NCBI RefSeq assembly: GCF_004010195.1
Contig: NC_057718.1
Span: forward strand, 71,452,087-71,508,539
DNA: 56,453 nt
Reading direction: 5' to 3'
Source of the DNA: Chiloscyllium plagiosum
Taxonomy: Eukaryota
Numbering within the stretch: position 1 is the first letter of the stretch; the number at the start of each line of letters is the position of its first letter. The position numbers were made by a program, and so were the translations under genes. Shown piece by piece: positions 1 through 10,500 of the stretch. The notes under the pieces were generated by a model. That model worked only from the letters and a program-made list of their open reading frames with translations. It was not told the origin of the DNA and ran no database searches.

Positions 1-1686
1 GAGCCACAGAAAATGGGGGAGATACTAAATGAATATTTTGCATCAGTATTTACTGTGGGAAAGGATATGGAAGATATAGGCTGTAGGGAAATAGATGGTG
101 ACATCTTGCAAAATGTACAGATTACAGAGGAGGAAGTGCTGGATGTCTTGAAACGGTTAAAAGTGGATAAATCCCCAGGACCTGATCAGGTGTACCCGAG
201 AACTCTGTGGGAAGCTAGAGAAGTGATTGCTGGGCCTCTTGCTGAGATATTTGTATCATCGATAGTCACAGGTGAGGTGCCGGTAGACTGGAGGTTGGCT
301 AATATGCTGCCACTGTTTAAGAAGGGCGGTAAAGACAAGCCAGGGAACTATAGACCGGTGAGCCTGACGTCAGTGATGGGCAAGTTGTTGGAGGTAATCC
401 TGAGGGACAGGATGTACATGTATTTGGAAAGGCAAGGACTGATTCGGGATAGTTAACATGGCTTTGTGAGTGGGAAATCATATCTCACAAACTTGATTGA
501 GTTTTTTGAAGAAGTTACAAAGAAGATTGATGAGGGCAGAGCAGTAGATGTGATCTATGTGGACTTCAGTAAGGTGTTTGACAAGGTTCCCCATAGGAGA
601 CTGATTAGCAAGGTTAGATCTCATGGAATACAGGGAGAACTAGCCATTTGGATACAGGACTGGCTCATAGGTAGAAGACAGAGAATGGTGGTGGAAGGTT
701 GTTTTTCAGACTGGAGGCCTGTGACCAGTGGAGTGCCACAAGGATCGGTGCTGGGCCCTCTACTTTTTGTCATTTACATAAATGATTTGGATGCGAGCAT
801 AAGAGGTACAGTCAGTATGTTTGCAGATGACACCAAAATTGGAGGTGTAGTGGACAGCGAAGAGGGTTACCTCAGATTACAACATGATCTGAACCAGATG
901 GGCCAATGGGCTGAGAAGTGGCAGATGGAATTTAATTCAGATAATTTGGGAAAGCAAACCTTAGCAGGACTTATACCCTTAATGGTAAGGTCCTAGGTAG
1001 TGTTGCTGACCAAAGAGACCTTGGAGTGCAGGTTCATAGCTCCTTGAAAATGGAGTCGCAGGTAGATAGGATAGTGAAGAAGGCGTTTGGTATGCTTTCC
1101 TTTATTGGACAGTGTATTGAGTACAAGAGTTGGGAGGTCATTTTGCAGCTGTACTGGACATTGGTTAGGCCACTGTTGGAATATTGCAAGCAATTCTGGT
1201 CTCCTTCCTATTGAAAAGATGTTGTGAAACTCAAAAGGGTTCAGAAAAGATTTACAAGGATGTTCCCAGGGTTGGAGGCTGAACAGGCTGGGGCTGTTTT
1301 CCCTGGAACGTCGGAGACTGAGAGATTTACAAAATTATGAGGGGCATGGATAGGATAAATAGACAAAGTCTTTTCCCTGGGGTCGGGGAGTCCAGAGCTA
1401 GAGGGTTTAAGGTGAGAGGGGAAAGATATAAAAGGGACCTAAGGGGCAACTTTTTCACGCAGAGGGTGGTATATGTATGGAATGAGCTGCCAGAGGATGT
1501 GGCGGAGGCTGGTACAATTGCAACATTTAAGACGCATTTGGATGGGTATATCACTAGGAAGGATTTGGAGGGATATGGGCCAGGTGCTGGCAGGTGGGAC
1601 TAGATTGGGTTGGGATATCTGGTCGGCATGGACGGGTTAGACTGAAGGGTCTGTTTCCATGCTATAGATCTCTATGACTCTATAAC
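1..1686 (+). mobile_element. CR1-clade LINE, 3' part (ORF2 reverse transcriptase, decayed) with intact 3' tail
   Basis: ORFs 13-456 and 466-996 give KSPGPD, PGNYRPVSLTS, GVPQGSVLGPLLF and FADD. Ends in a TCTATGACTC-type tail that abuts the ERV gag. Confidence 0.95.
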
Positions 1687-1689
1687 TGA

Positions 1690-2944
1690 TTAGTTTCTAT
1701 GTCTTGCCCTGTTTCCAGTCTCCATTTCTTTAACTGTTTCTCCAAGTAGGCAACTTTCTTCAAGTGGATCCCCTCTCAGAGCCTGCGGGTCGATTTTGGG
1801 TGGGTAATAGTGTCTTAAGGCCTGCCATACATTGTGTCTCACTTGATCAAACTCAACCCCATCAATCATTGGATTGTCTGCCACATTTTTCAAACGGGCT
1901 CGGACCATTATTTCCTTTAACTTCGGGAGCCCTACCAACCTCACGAGCAGTGCCTTCAAGTCTCCTAGAGCCAGCAATCGCTCTGTGGTTTCATCTTCAA
2001 AAGCCCTGATCCACTTTTCTGCTCCCTCATGTAAACTGGACAGCGCATTCTTCAGCCGTTCCAGATCCTGAGTTCCCCAAGGAATGTATTGTGGGTTTCT
2101 CCCCTCTTTTATAAGGAGCGGTTGCATCCTTCCCTGTTGGCCCTTTTTCCCTTTATTAACACTACTTCTCAATAAATCACCCTTGGGCTCCGAGTATGAT
2201 GCTATTTCTAATTCCTCCCATTCTTTAGGTACTGGGGCCTTTTTCTTTCCTTGTCTCTCATCATCCCTTTCTGCTTGTTTTGCGTCACTTTCACAGCTTT
2301 TCTCTTCAGCCCTCCTTTCATATCGCAATGAGTATTCCTCAATTGCTTTTTGCTCCCTTAGCCCACGCAGCACACTAATCTTATTTTTCAGTTTTTCTTG
2401 CTCTCATTGTATAGCTTCTATTGGTCCTGCCTGTCTCTTTTCTCTCTTCCTCTTCTTTCCCTCAGTTCATTTTTGTCTTCCACACTCCCATCCCATTCTA
2501 ACTGTCCCTCTATTTCTACTGTTCCCTATATTTCCTGAAACTGCTTCAATGCCTCTTCATTCGAGTAGGGAGGAGGTCTATTCAACTTCTCCACATCTGG
2601 GTATAGAGGGGGTGCTGATTCCTGCTTTTCTGTTTCCCGTAACTGCTCAGCTTGTTCTTTTGCAACTTTCCTAGTCACCACAGGTGCCTAACAAGCTACC
2701 TTCAGTTCCTCATCCTCTTTCCTTAAAAGTTTCAGTATTTCCATCTTCTGCTCCATTTTGGCTTATAGTTCTTAATTAATCCTTCCATCTCATTGCACAT
2801 ATGTATATCAAAAGTACCTTCTTTTGGCCATTTAGTTAATAAATCCCCAGTTCTTTTTCCCCATTTCTCAGAAATCTTTACAATATCATTTCTTGCCACT
2901 GGAAATTTCTTACTGATTATCTCAACTGCAGTCCCTTTATCCAT
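1690..2944 (-). pseudogene. gag: Endogenous retrovirus gag, disrupted (matrix and capsid portions)
   Basis: ORF 2732-2944 has WPKEGTFD (class I matrix WPxxGTF motif). ORF 1690-2373 has YIPWGTQDL...WIRAFE...LGDLKALL, resembling fish epsilon-like capsid. Lies downstream of a PBS and LTR. Confidence 0.8.
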
Positions 2945-3426
2945 CCTACGATATATTTCAGTCCAACTAATGTATTATCTTAGTTCTCATAAATCACTTT
3001 CTCATACCATGCAAGTCCGGTGATTTGTTCAATAGTATAAGCAATTCCTAACTTTATAACTTACAATTGTCGCTTACTAATCTATCAATTTCTAAACGTC
3101 CTCAATTGCAGGTAGTTAATACAAACAATCTATTCTCATTCATTCAGCCTAAACCAATCTAACACTGCACCTTCAAAATGCATCAATCACTAACGGTTTC
3201 TTGAGAAATTTCTCTCTCAAAAAAACTCTCTTAAATTCTTACAGTGCAAAATAAAATCAAAATACCCTTGGATCTCGAGCTCCAGGGAAACAAAACACAA
3301 ACGTTTAACCACCAACAAACAATTATGCATACAAATCAGATCACAATGATTAAACTATAAACACTCTCTTTCTCTCACACGCACACAGAAACATTCTGCA
3401 AGCCACAGCTGTTCTCTCTCTCTCAT

Positions 3427-3450
3427 ACATACACACACACACACACACAC
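3427..3450. repeat. (CA)n microsatellite in ERV leader
   Basis: acatacacacacacacacacacac. Confidence 0.9.
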
Positions 3451-3679
3451 GAACTCAGCCATAAATCAATCTCTCTCAGCCAGAACCTTACTTAAACAGA
3501 CTCTTTGTTCATTTCCAAAATGTAATTTTCTTACAGACCTTATCTAAAACACTTAACAGTCTAGTAACACTGTAACACTATGGCTATTCTCTGTTATTTT
3601 ACTTTTAATCATCCACTATCAATCTGCCGGCTTTCTAAACAGGTCTATTAGCGCTTCCAGTAAAACAATTTCCCTTTAT

Positions 3680-3826
3680 TTATTCTGCCCTATCTACCTA
3701 TAGAATCTTATAAAACATTTACCCCTTCTTTATTCTGCCCTATCTATAGGGTCTTATATTTCTGCCCTATCTATTTATAGAGTCTTATATTTCAGCCCTA
3801 TCTATCTATCTATAGGGTCTTATATA
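3680..3826. repeat. Degenerate tandem repeat (TTCTGCCCTATCTA...TCTTATA, about 4 units) in ERV 5' leader
   Basis: Core ttctgccctatcta occurs three times, with a fourth variant ttcagccctatcta. Confidence 0.85.
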
Positions 3827-4159
3827 CACCATGTGGAAGTTTGACACAACAATTGTATTTTCTATTCTTACTCACCCCTTACCCCACTGCGCAGTTTTCT
3901 TAACCAATTCTCCACGTCTCCTTCAGCAGCAATTTACCCCTCGCCTTTGGACCTTGGGTCGGACAGACCCTCCGGCAGGTTCCCGCACCTCTGAGTCCCC
4001 AAGGACCACTCAAAGCCAACAGAATATAGTCCGAATTCACAGCAAAAATGCTAACCTTTTTTTGTTGGGTACCCTTATTCTGTCAGTCTCAGGAATGCCC
4101 CTAGTGGACCAAGAAGCGCCCTGTTACTGCTGCCCTCTGTCCAGGTGGGTCTCTGCACG

Positions 4160-4177
4160 ACCCTGCTTGCAGTGCCA
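4160..4177 (-). promoter_or_regulatory. Retroviral primer-binding site, probably tRNA-Ser
   Basis: Minus strand TGGCACTGCAAGCAGGGT, 4 nt after the LTR end (...CCACAACA). It equals TGGCGCTGCGAGCAGGGT with two CpG-to-CpA changes, resembling the complement of tRNA-Ser 3' ends. Confidence 0.65.
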
Positions 4178-4181
4178 AATT

Positions 4182-4841
4182 TGTTGTGGAGAAAATATAG
4201 AGAACCACCAGGAGACGCAGAGAGTTCTTCAAGAAGTAGGTCTTTTATTTGCAAACAAAAAAACGTGACACTGAGAAAGCAGATGCTTGAATGCCCATGA
4301 ACCTCAGGGTCCGTGGATTCTTATTTTTTTTATCATGTTTCTGTTAGCTTAGTAGCATGTCCAACTATATCAATCAAAGTAACTCACTCGAGTTACACAA
4401 TAAACCATTGATGTTAGTTCCCATTATCTCTTCAGTTGTACATTCTGTTTAATGTTATTGTAATGTCACGGTTAGATATTTATTGCTAACTTTGCTACAG
4501 TGATCTTCCATCGCAGACTAACCTGTCATGATAGATATTTAGCTATTCCATCTATTACAATAGTCTCTTGTCTCTACTAACTATTAATTAGATATTTTAA
4601 TGTCACGTCCCAAATATTTATTGTCCCAATTCTGTCATAATAACACTTAACAGAGAAACTTGCTTTATTACTTGTGTTATCTCATCTCGCCATAGTGACC
4701 TTTCAGCCTTAATCTTACTTTGCTAATTGGTGTAAGAATGTTCCACTATGGTTATCCCATCCTGCCTTCCACAGAACACAGATTGCCAGCGGTCTTCATG
4801 CTTTAACCCTTCCCATGCTTTCATGCTCTTTATTTTCCATA
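4182..4841 (-). mobile_element. ERV 5' LTR (family A); outer boundary approximate
   Basis: Ends in CA next to the PBS, with AATAAA at 4244-4249 on the minus strand. Imperfect terminal inverted repeat (tgtggagaaaata / tattttccata). Confidence 0.65.
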
Positions 4842-5009
4842 TCTGCTGGATTGCTTGAGAAGGAATTGTTTTTAAATCAGTTGTTCAGCTACTGGTTGAT
4901 TTTATTTAAATGTTTAATATTTTAAAAGAAGTTTTGTATGCCAAATGTAATTCTTGGGTAAGGAAAGGTAGTTTATTTTATATCTAAGGTGCTATTGAAA
5001 GCTGCTTCT

Positions 5010-5645
5010 TTTTAGGCTTAATGTGATTGAGTAATAGGGCAGGGCAAGTGGCTGAAGTTATGGTAGGGGAACACTTTGGGTCTAGCGATCATAATACTAT
5101 TAGTTTTAAAATATTTATGCAAAAGGATTAGTCATCCATAAAAGTTAAAGCTTTTAATTTAAGTAAAGCAAATTTTAATGGTATGAGACAAGAACTTTCA
5201 AAAATTGATTGGAGGTGACTATTCAAGGTAAAGGGATATCTGGTAAGTGCGAGACATTCAAGAGTGTGATAACGAGAGTTCAGTATCTTTATTTCAGAAA
5301 GGACCCTTGCAGAGACATTTGTATCATTATAACGACTGGTGAGATGCCAGTTGACTGGGGAGTAGTTAATGTTGCGCCTTTGTTTAAGATAGGATGTAAG
5401 GAAATCCTGGGAACTATATACCTCAGAGTCTGACTTTGGTGGTGGGTAAGCTGTTGGAGGGGATTCTGAAAAATTGAATTTATATGCATTTGGAGAAGCA
5501 AGGAATGATCAGGGATAGTCAGTATGGTCTTACGCAAGGGAAATCATGTCTCTCAAATTTGAGGAAACAACCAAAATGATTGAGGGCAGAGTGGTAAACA
5601 TTTTTTACTTTGACTTTAGCAAAGCCTTTGACAAGTTTCCACATA
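5010..5645 (+). mobile_element. Degraded, internally deleted CR1 fragment
   Basis: Similar to ORF2 segments of other copies (WxVVNVAPLFK, DFSKAFDK). Confidence 0.85.
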
Positions 5646-5710
5646 GAATCATAGAATTCCTACAGTGTGAAAACAGACCCTTTGACTGAACAATTCCACA
5701 CCAACACTCG

Positions 5711-5918
5711 TCATGATTTGGAGATGCCGGCGTTGGACTGGGTGTACATAGTTAAAAATCACACAACATCAGGTTATAGTCCAACAGGTTTATTTGGAAG
5801 CACTAATGTTCAGAGCTAGTTGTACAACCACCTGATGAAGGAGCAGTGCTCTGAAAGCTAGTTCTTCCAAATAAACATGTTGGACTATAACCTGGTGTTG
5901 TGTGATTTTTAACTTTGT
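5711..5918. mobile_element. Penelope pLTR-derived fold-back element with a minimal hammerhead-like core
   Basis: About 75-bp inverted arms plus an about 31-nt extension on the left. Degenerate 13-bp TSD (acaccaacactcg 5698-5710 / acactgacacttg 5919-5931). Confidence 0.75.
5829..5863 (+). ncRNA. Minimal type I hammerhead ribozyme-like motif
   Basis: cac CTGATGA A GGAGC agt GCTCT GAAA GC TA gt: CUGAUGA and GAAA cores, 5-bp stem II (one G-U), palindromic AGCU stem III, UA cleavage site. Confidence 0.65.
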
Positions 5919-6863
5919 ACACTGACACTTGGAAGAGTAATCCACCCAGAGCCATTCCTCTGCCCTATTATCTTATATTTACCCCTAACTAATGCACCTA
6001 ATCTACACATCCCTGAAGGCTATGGGCAATTTAGCACAGCCAATTCACCTAACCTGCACATCTTTTGGGTTTGGAAGAGATTTACTATGGTGTTGCTAGG
6101 AGTGAAGGGTTTGAATTATAAAAAAACGCTGAATAATCTGGTACCTTTTTCACTGGAGCTTAGGAAGTTGAGGTATGAGCTTTCAGGGAATTCAGCCCCA
6201 GCCTATTCAGCCTCTTCCTATAGCTGAAACTCTCCAACTCTGGCTATATCCCTCCAAATCCTTTCAAGTTTCACAACATCCTTCCTATCGGAGGGAGACC
6301 AGAATTATATACAACATTTCAAAGTGGCCTAGCTAATGTCCTGTATAGCCGCAACATCAACTCTCAACTCTTATACTCAATGCTCTGTCCAGTAAAGGAA
6401 AGCATATGAAATGCCTTCTTCATTATCCTATCTATCTAAGACTCCACTTTCAAAGATCTATGAACCTGCACTCCAAGATGTCTTTGTGCAGCAATGCTCC
6501 CCAGGACCTTACTATTAAGTGCCTAAGTCCTGTCCTGATTCGCCTTTCCAAAATGCAGCCCCTCACATTTATCTACATTGTGAGAATTTGGTCAGATCCA
6601 GTTGGACTCAGAGGTAACCTATTTGCTGTACACTACATCTCCAATTTTGGTGTCATCTGCAAACTTACTAACTATACATCCAAATCATTTATATAAATGA
6701 TGAGAAACAGTGGACCCAGCACTGATCCTTGTGGCACACAACTGGTCACAGGGCTCCAGCCACAGAAGCAACCCTCCACTACCAGCCTCTGTCTTCTACC
6801 TTCAAGCTGAAAATGTGTTGCTGGAAAAGCGCAGCAGGTCAGGCAGCAACCAATGAGCAGGAG

Positions 6864-6899
6864 AATAGACGTTTCGGGCATGAGCCCTTCTTCAGGAAT
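6864..6899 (-). ncRNA. Minimal hammerhead ribozyme-like motif (minus-strand arm)
   Basis: Minus strand: attc CTGAAGA A GGGC tcat GCCC GAAA CGTC tatt. Confidence 0.6.
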
Positions 6900-7120
6900 G
6901 AGGAAAGTGTGCCAAGCAGGCCAAGATAAAAGGTAGGGAGGAGGGACTTGGGGGAGGGGTGTTGGAAATGTGATAGGTGGAAGGAGGTTAAGGTGAGGGT
7001 GATAGGCCGGAGTGGTGGTGGGGCCGGAGAGGTCAGGAAGAAGATTGCAGGTTAGGAAGGTGGAGCATTTTCAATGCCCCTCCCTACCTTTTGACTTAGC
7101 CTGCTTGGCACACTTTCCTC

Positions 7121-7156
7121 ATTCCTGAAGAAGGGCTCATGCCCGAAACGTCGATT
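7121..7156 (+). ncRNA. Minimal hammerhead ribozyme-like motif (plus-strand arm)
   Basis: attc CTGAAGA A GGGC tcat GCCC GAAA CGTC gatt: CUGANGA/GAAA core, 4-bp GC stem II, palindromic ACGU stem III, GUC site. Confidence 0.7.
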
Positions 7157-7453
7157 CTCCTGCTCATTGGATGCTGCCTGACCTGCTGCGCTTTTCCAGC
7201 AACACATTTTCAGCTCTGATCTCCAGCATCTGCAGTCCTCACTTTCTCCTTCTACCTTCGAGACAGTTTTGTATCCAAATGGCTAGTTCTTCCTGTATCT
7301 ATGTGATCTAACCTTGCTAACGAGTCTAGAATGAGGAACCTTATCGAATGCCTTACAAAACTCCATATAGATCATGTCCACCGCTCTGCCCTCATCAATC
7401 CTTTTCGTTACTTCTTCAAAAATCTCAATCAAGTTCATGAGACATGACTTCCT

Positions 7454-7725
7454 GGCAATACAGTGAATCAGTGGTTAGCACTGCTGTCTCACAGCGCCAG
7501 GGACCTGGGTTCAATTCCAGTCTCAGGCGACTCTCTGTGTGGACTTTGCACATGCTTCCTGTGTCTGTGTGGATTTCCTCTGGGTGCTTCGGTTTCCTCC
7601 CATAATCCAAAAGATGTGCAGGTCAGGTGAATTGGCCATGCTAAATTGCCCATAGTGTTAGGTGCATTAGTCAGGGGTAAATATCAGATAGGGGAATGGG
7701 TCGATGTGGACTTGTAAGGAATCTA
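7454..7725 (+). mobile_element. HE1-type V-SINE
   Basis: tRNA-like head (CAGTGGTTAGCAC...GGTTCAATTCC) and V-domain (gtgtggactttgcaca...ggtttcctcc). Confidence 0.9.
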
Positions 7726-8879
7726 CTCACAAAGCCATGTTAACTACCCATCAGTCCTTGCCTTTCCAAATACATGTAAATCCTCTGTCAGGATTCCCTC
7801 CAACAACACTGATGTCAGGCTCACTGGTCTATTGTTCCCTGGCTTTTCCTAATCAATAGTGGCATCACGTTAGCAAACTTCCAGTCTTCTGCCACCTCAC
7901 CTGCAACTATTGATGACCTAAATATGTCAGCAAGAGGCCCAGCAACCACTTTCCTAGCTTCCCACAGATCTAGCCGATCAGGTCCTGAGGGTTTATATCC
8001 ACTTTTATATGTTTTAAGACATCCAGCATCTCCTCCTCTGTAACATGGATATTTTTCAAGGTGTCATTATTATTGCCCCACATTCTGTTTCTTTCGTGTC
8101 CTACTCCACAGTAAACACTGATGCAAAATACTCACTTAGGAGCTCCCCATCTTCCACACATAGGCTGCCTTGTCGATCTTTGAGGAGTTCTATTTTCTCT
8201 CCCTAGTTACTCTTTTGGCCTGAATGTATTAATAAAATCTGTTTGGATTCTCCTTAAACCCGACTTGCCAAAGTTACCTCATGTCCCCTTTTTGCCCTCC
8301 TGATTTTCCTATTACTAAGGATTCACTCCATCTTGACTGTCTATAGCTGACATGTGTTTCCTTCTTTTTCTTGACCAAAACCTCAATTTCTCAAGAGATC
8401 CAGTAATGCCTACACCTGCTAGCCTTGCCTTTCGCCCTAACAGGAATATACTGTCTCTGGACTCTTGTTATCTCATTTTTGAAGGCTTCTGATTTTCCAG
8501 CCATTCCTTTACCTGCAAACATCTGCACCCAATCAACTTTTGAAAGTTGGTCTTCCTCCAATTTAGAACTTTTAGATCCTGTCCATATTTTTCCATAGAA
8601 TTATGGTCACAGGCCCCAAAGTGCTCCTCCACTGACACTTCAGTCACATACCCTGGCTTATTTCCCAAGAGTAGGTCAAATTTTGCACTCTGTAGTAGGT
8701 ACATCCACATACTGAATCAGAAAGGTTTCTTGCACCCCATAGGGTTATGTAAAGACTTGGAAAGTTAAAATCCCTAACCATAACTTTTTCTTACAGATAA
8801 CTGCAATCTCCTTACAAATTTGTTTCTCAATTTCTCCCTGACTATTTGAGAGTCCATAGTACAATCCCAGTAATCATTA

Positions 8880-9045
8880 ATATAGTTTCAATGTTTAAGA
8901 GATATTTGGGCAAGTACTTGAATAAAATATTTGGAGATATATAGGCCAAGCCCAGACAAGTGGGTCTAGTTTAGTTTGGGGTTATAATTGACACGGACTG
9001 GTTAAACCCAAAAGTTTGTTTTCGTGCTGTATGACTCTAAGACTC
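8880..9045 (+). mobile_element. CR1 3' tail fragment
   Basis: ...ttcgtgctgtatgactctaagactc tail. Confidence 0.7.
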
Positions 9046-9519
9046 AAAGATGGTTAGTCTATCAGAGAATGATTAGTGTTGGAGATTGTTTTTGAACTGT
9101 ATTTTCTGGGAGAAGAGCTTGACTGCTGATGACAGGATGAAGATTAGAAAGCTTTCTGACTGAGTAGAAAGTTGTGTTGGAAGCATTACTACCTTTACTT
9201 GAGTGAAATGCAAACATGACCCTGATCGATGTCTCATGAAAAGAAACCAAGTTATCTACATCTATACCTGTGGAACAATGCATCATGAAAACCATTTAAG
9301 TAATCGGGCCAATTTCTTTAAGTTTTTGTTAATTAACCCTTAAATGTGAAACTGGATCAATGCTAATGGGAATATAAAACATTTTTAATGTGAATCCCAG
9401 TCATTGTGAACCTGACTCCATCTGAAATGGAATCTGAATTCATCAAGTTTACTTTGACTCAGATTGTGATAGGAATAAATAATTATTGTAATTCATGCAA
9501 AGATTCCTTAAATGAGCCA

Positions 9520-9970
9520 TTGACAGTCAACCCTTTTAGGGAGGTTCCTTAATTCATCACTGCCAACTCATACTTCGTACCCTCATAGTCCCCTGCATTT
9601 AGATTCTGTACTCTAATTTTGGATTTAGCTTCTTTACTCTCCATCTTAATTAATTTAGCCATAGTTATAATTTATGGTCATTCTTCCTCAAGGGAGCCTG
9701 TACTAGTCTACGATAGCTTGTCCAACCTACATATAGCATCACGCACAATGACAGTTTAACTCTTACTATGTCTCTAATTGCCTGTTTAATGCCTTCCCTT
9801 ATATCTTCGCTACTGTTTGATGACCTATTTACAACATCCACTAACTTATATTGCCACTTATGTTTATGCCCATCCACACAGATTCCACATCGTGATTTTC
9901 CAAGTCAATAGCCTTCCTCACTACTGCATTGATTTTATCCTTTAGAAACAACACTACCCCCACCTCATTT
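9520..9970 (-). mobile_element. Old CR1 endonuclease-region fragment
   Basis: Minus strand GVVLFLKDKI...VESVW resembles the APE endonuclease region. Confidence 0.6.
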
Positions 9971-10500
9971 TCACATTTGGGCATAATTTTAAGGTGATTG
10001 GAGGAAGGTTTAGAGGAGATGTCAGAAGTAGATTCTTTACCACAGAGTGGTGGGTGGGTGAAATGCACAGCCAGCAGTGGTAGTAGAGTCAGACAATTAG
10101 GGACACTTAAGCAACTCTTGGTTAGGCACATGAATGATAGGACAATGAAGGATATGTAGGTTAGTCTGAGCTTAGAGTAGGATAAAAGGTTGGCACAACA
10201 TTGGAGAGCCAAAGGGCCTAGAGAACATAGCACAGAACAGGCCCTTTGGCCCATGAAGTTGTGCCGAGGATTAATCCTAATGTAAAATAAAATAACTTAA
10301 CCCCTCAATTCACTGCTATCCATGTGTATCCATAGTCGCTTAAATGTCCTTAATGAGTCTGCTTCCACCACCACTGGCAATGCATTCCATGCATTCACAA
10401 CTCTCTGCATAAAGAACCTTCCTCTGACGTCCCCTCTATACCTTTCTCCTAATATCTTAAAACTATGACCCCTCATGCCAGTCAGTTCTGCCAATACCAG
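9970..10500. mobile_element. Two CR1 3' ends joined tail-to-tail (plus 9970-10220, minus 10221-10500)
   Basis: Both show the FKV.G.R.RGDVR.RFF C-terminal and 3'UTR pattern in opposite orientations. Confidence 0.8.

Larger units (their letters stand above)
5645..6065 (-). mobile_element. HE1-type SINE 3' part, split by a fold-back insertion at 5711-5918
   Basis: Reverse-complement SINE tail (atagaatcatagaattccctacagtgtg) and body (caattcacctaacctgcacatc). Confidence 0.8.
6804..7248 (+). mobile_element. Non-autonomous Penelope-like element with inverted pLTR arms
   Basis: About 140-bp inverted arms (6805-6945 / 7077-7215) and a 33-nt tail (7216-7248). Perfect 11-bp TSD cttctaccttc (6793-6803 / 7249-7259). 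Confidence 0.85.
6183..8880 (-). mobile_element. Degraded CR1 LINE (endonuclease and RT remnants) hosting two later insertions
   Basis: Minus-strand VPQGSVLGPLFLIIYINDLD and DLLLGNKPG motifs. Interrupted at 6804-7248 and 7454-7725. Confidence 0.9.

Noticed and set aside
2084..2674. 196-aa hydrophobic plus-strand ORF
   Set aside because: Antisense shadow of purine-rich gag sequence.
3680..3826. CRISPR-like spaced repeats
   Set aside because: Eukaryotic context, spacers are related to each other, and no cas genes.
6804..7248. DNA-transposon MITE interpretation of the inverted repeats
   Set aside because: Arms are asymmetric, TSDs are long and variable, and the arms match a pLTR attached to Penelope RT at 49769-49892.
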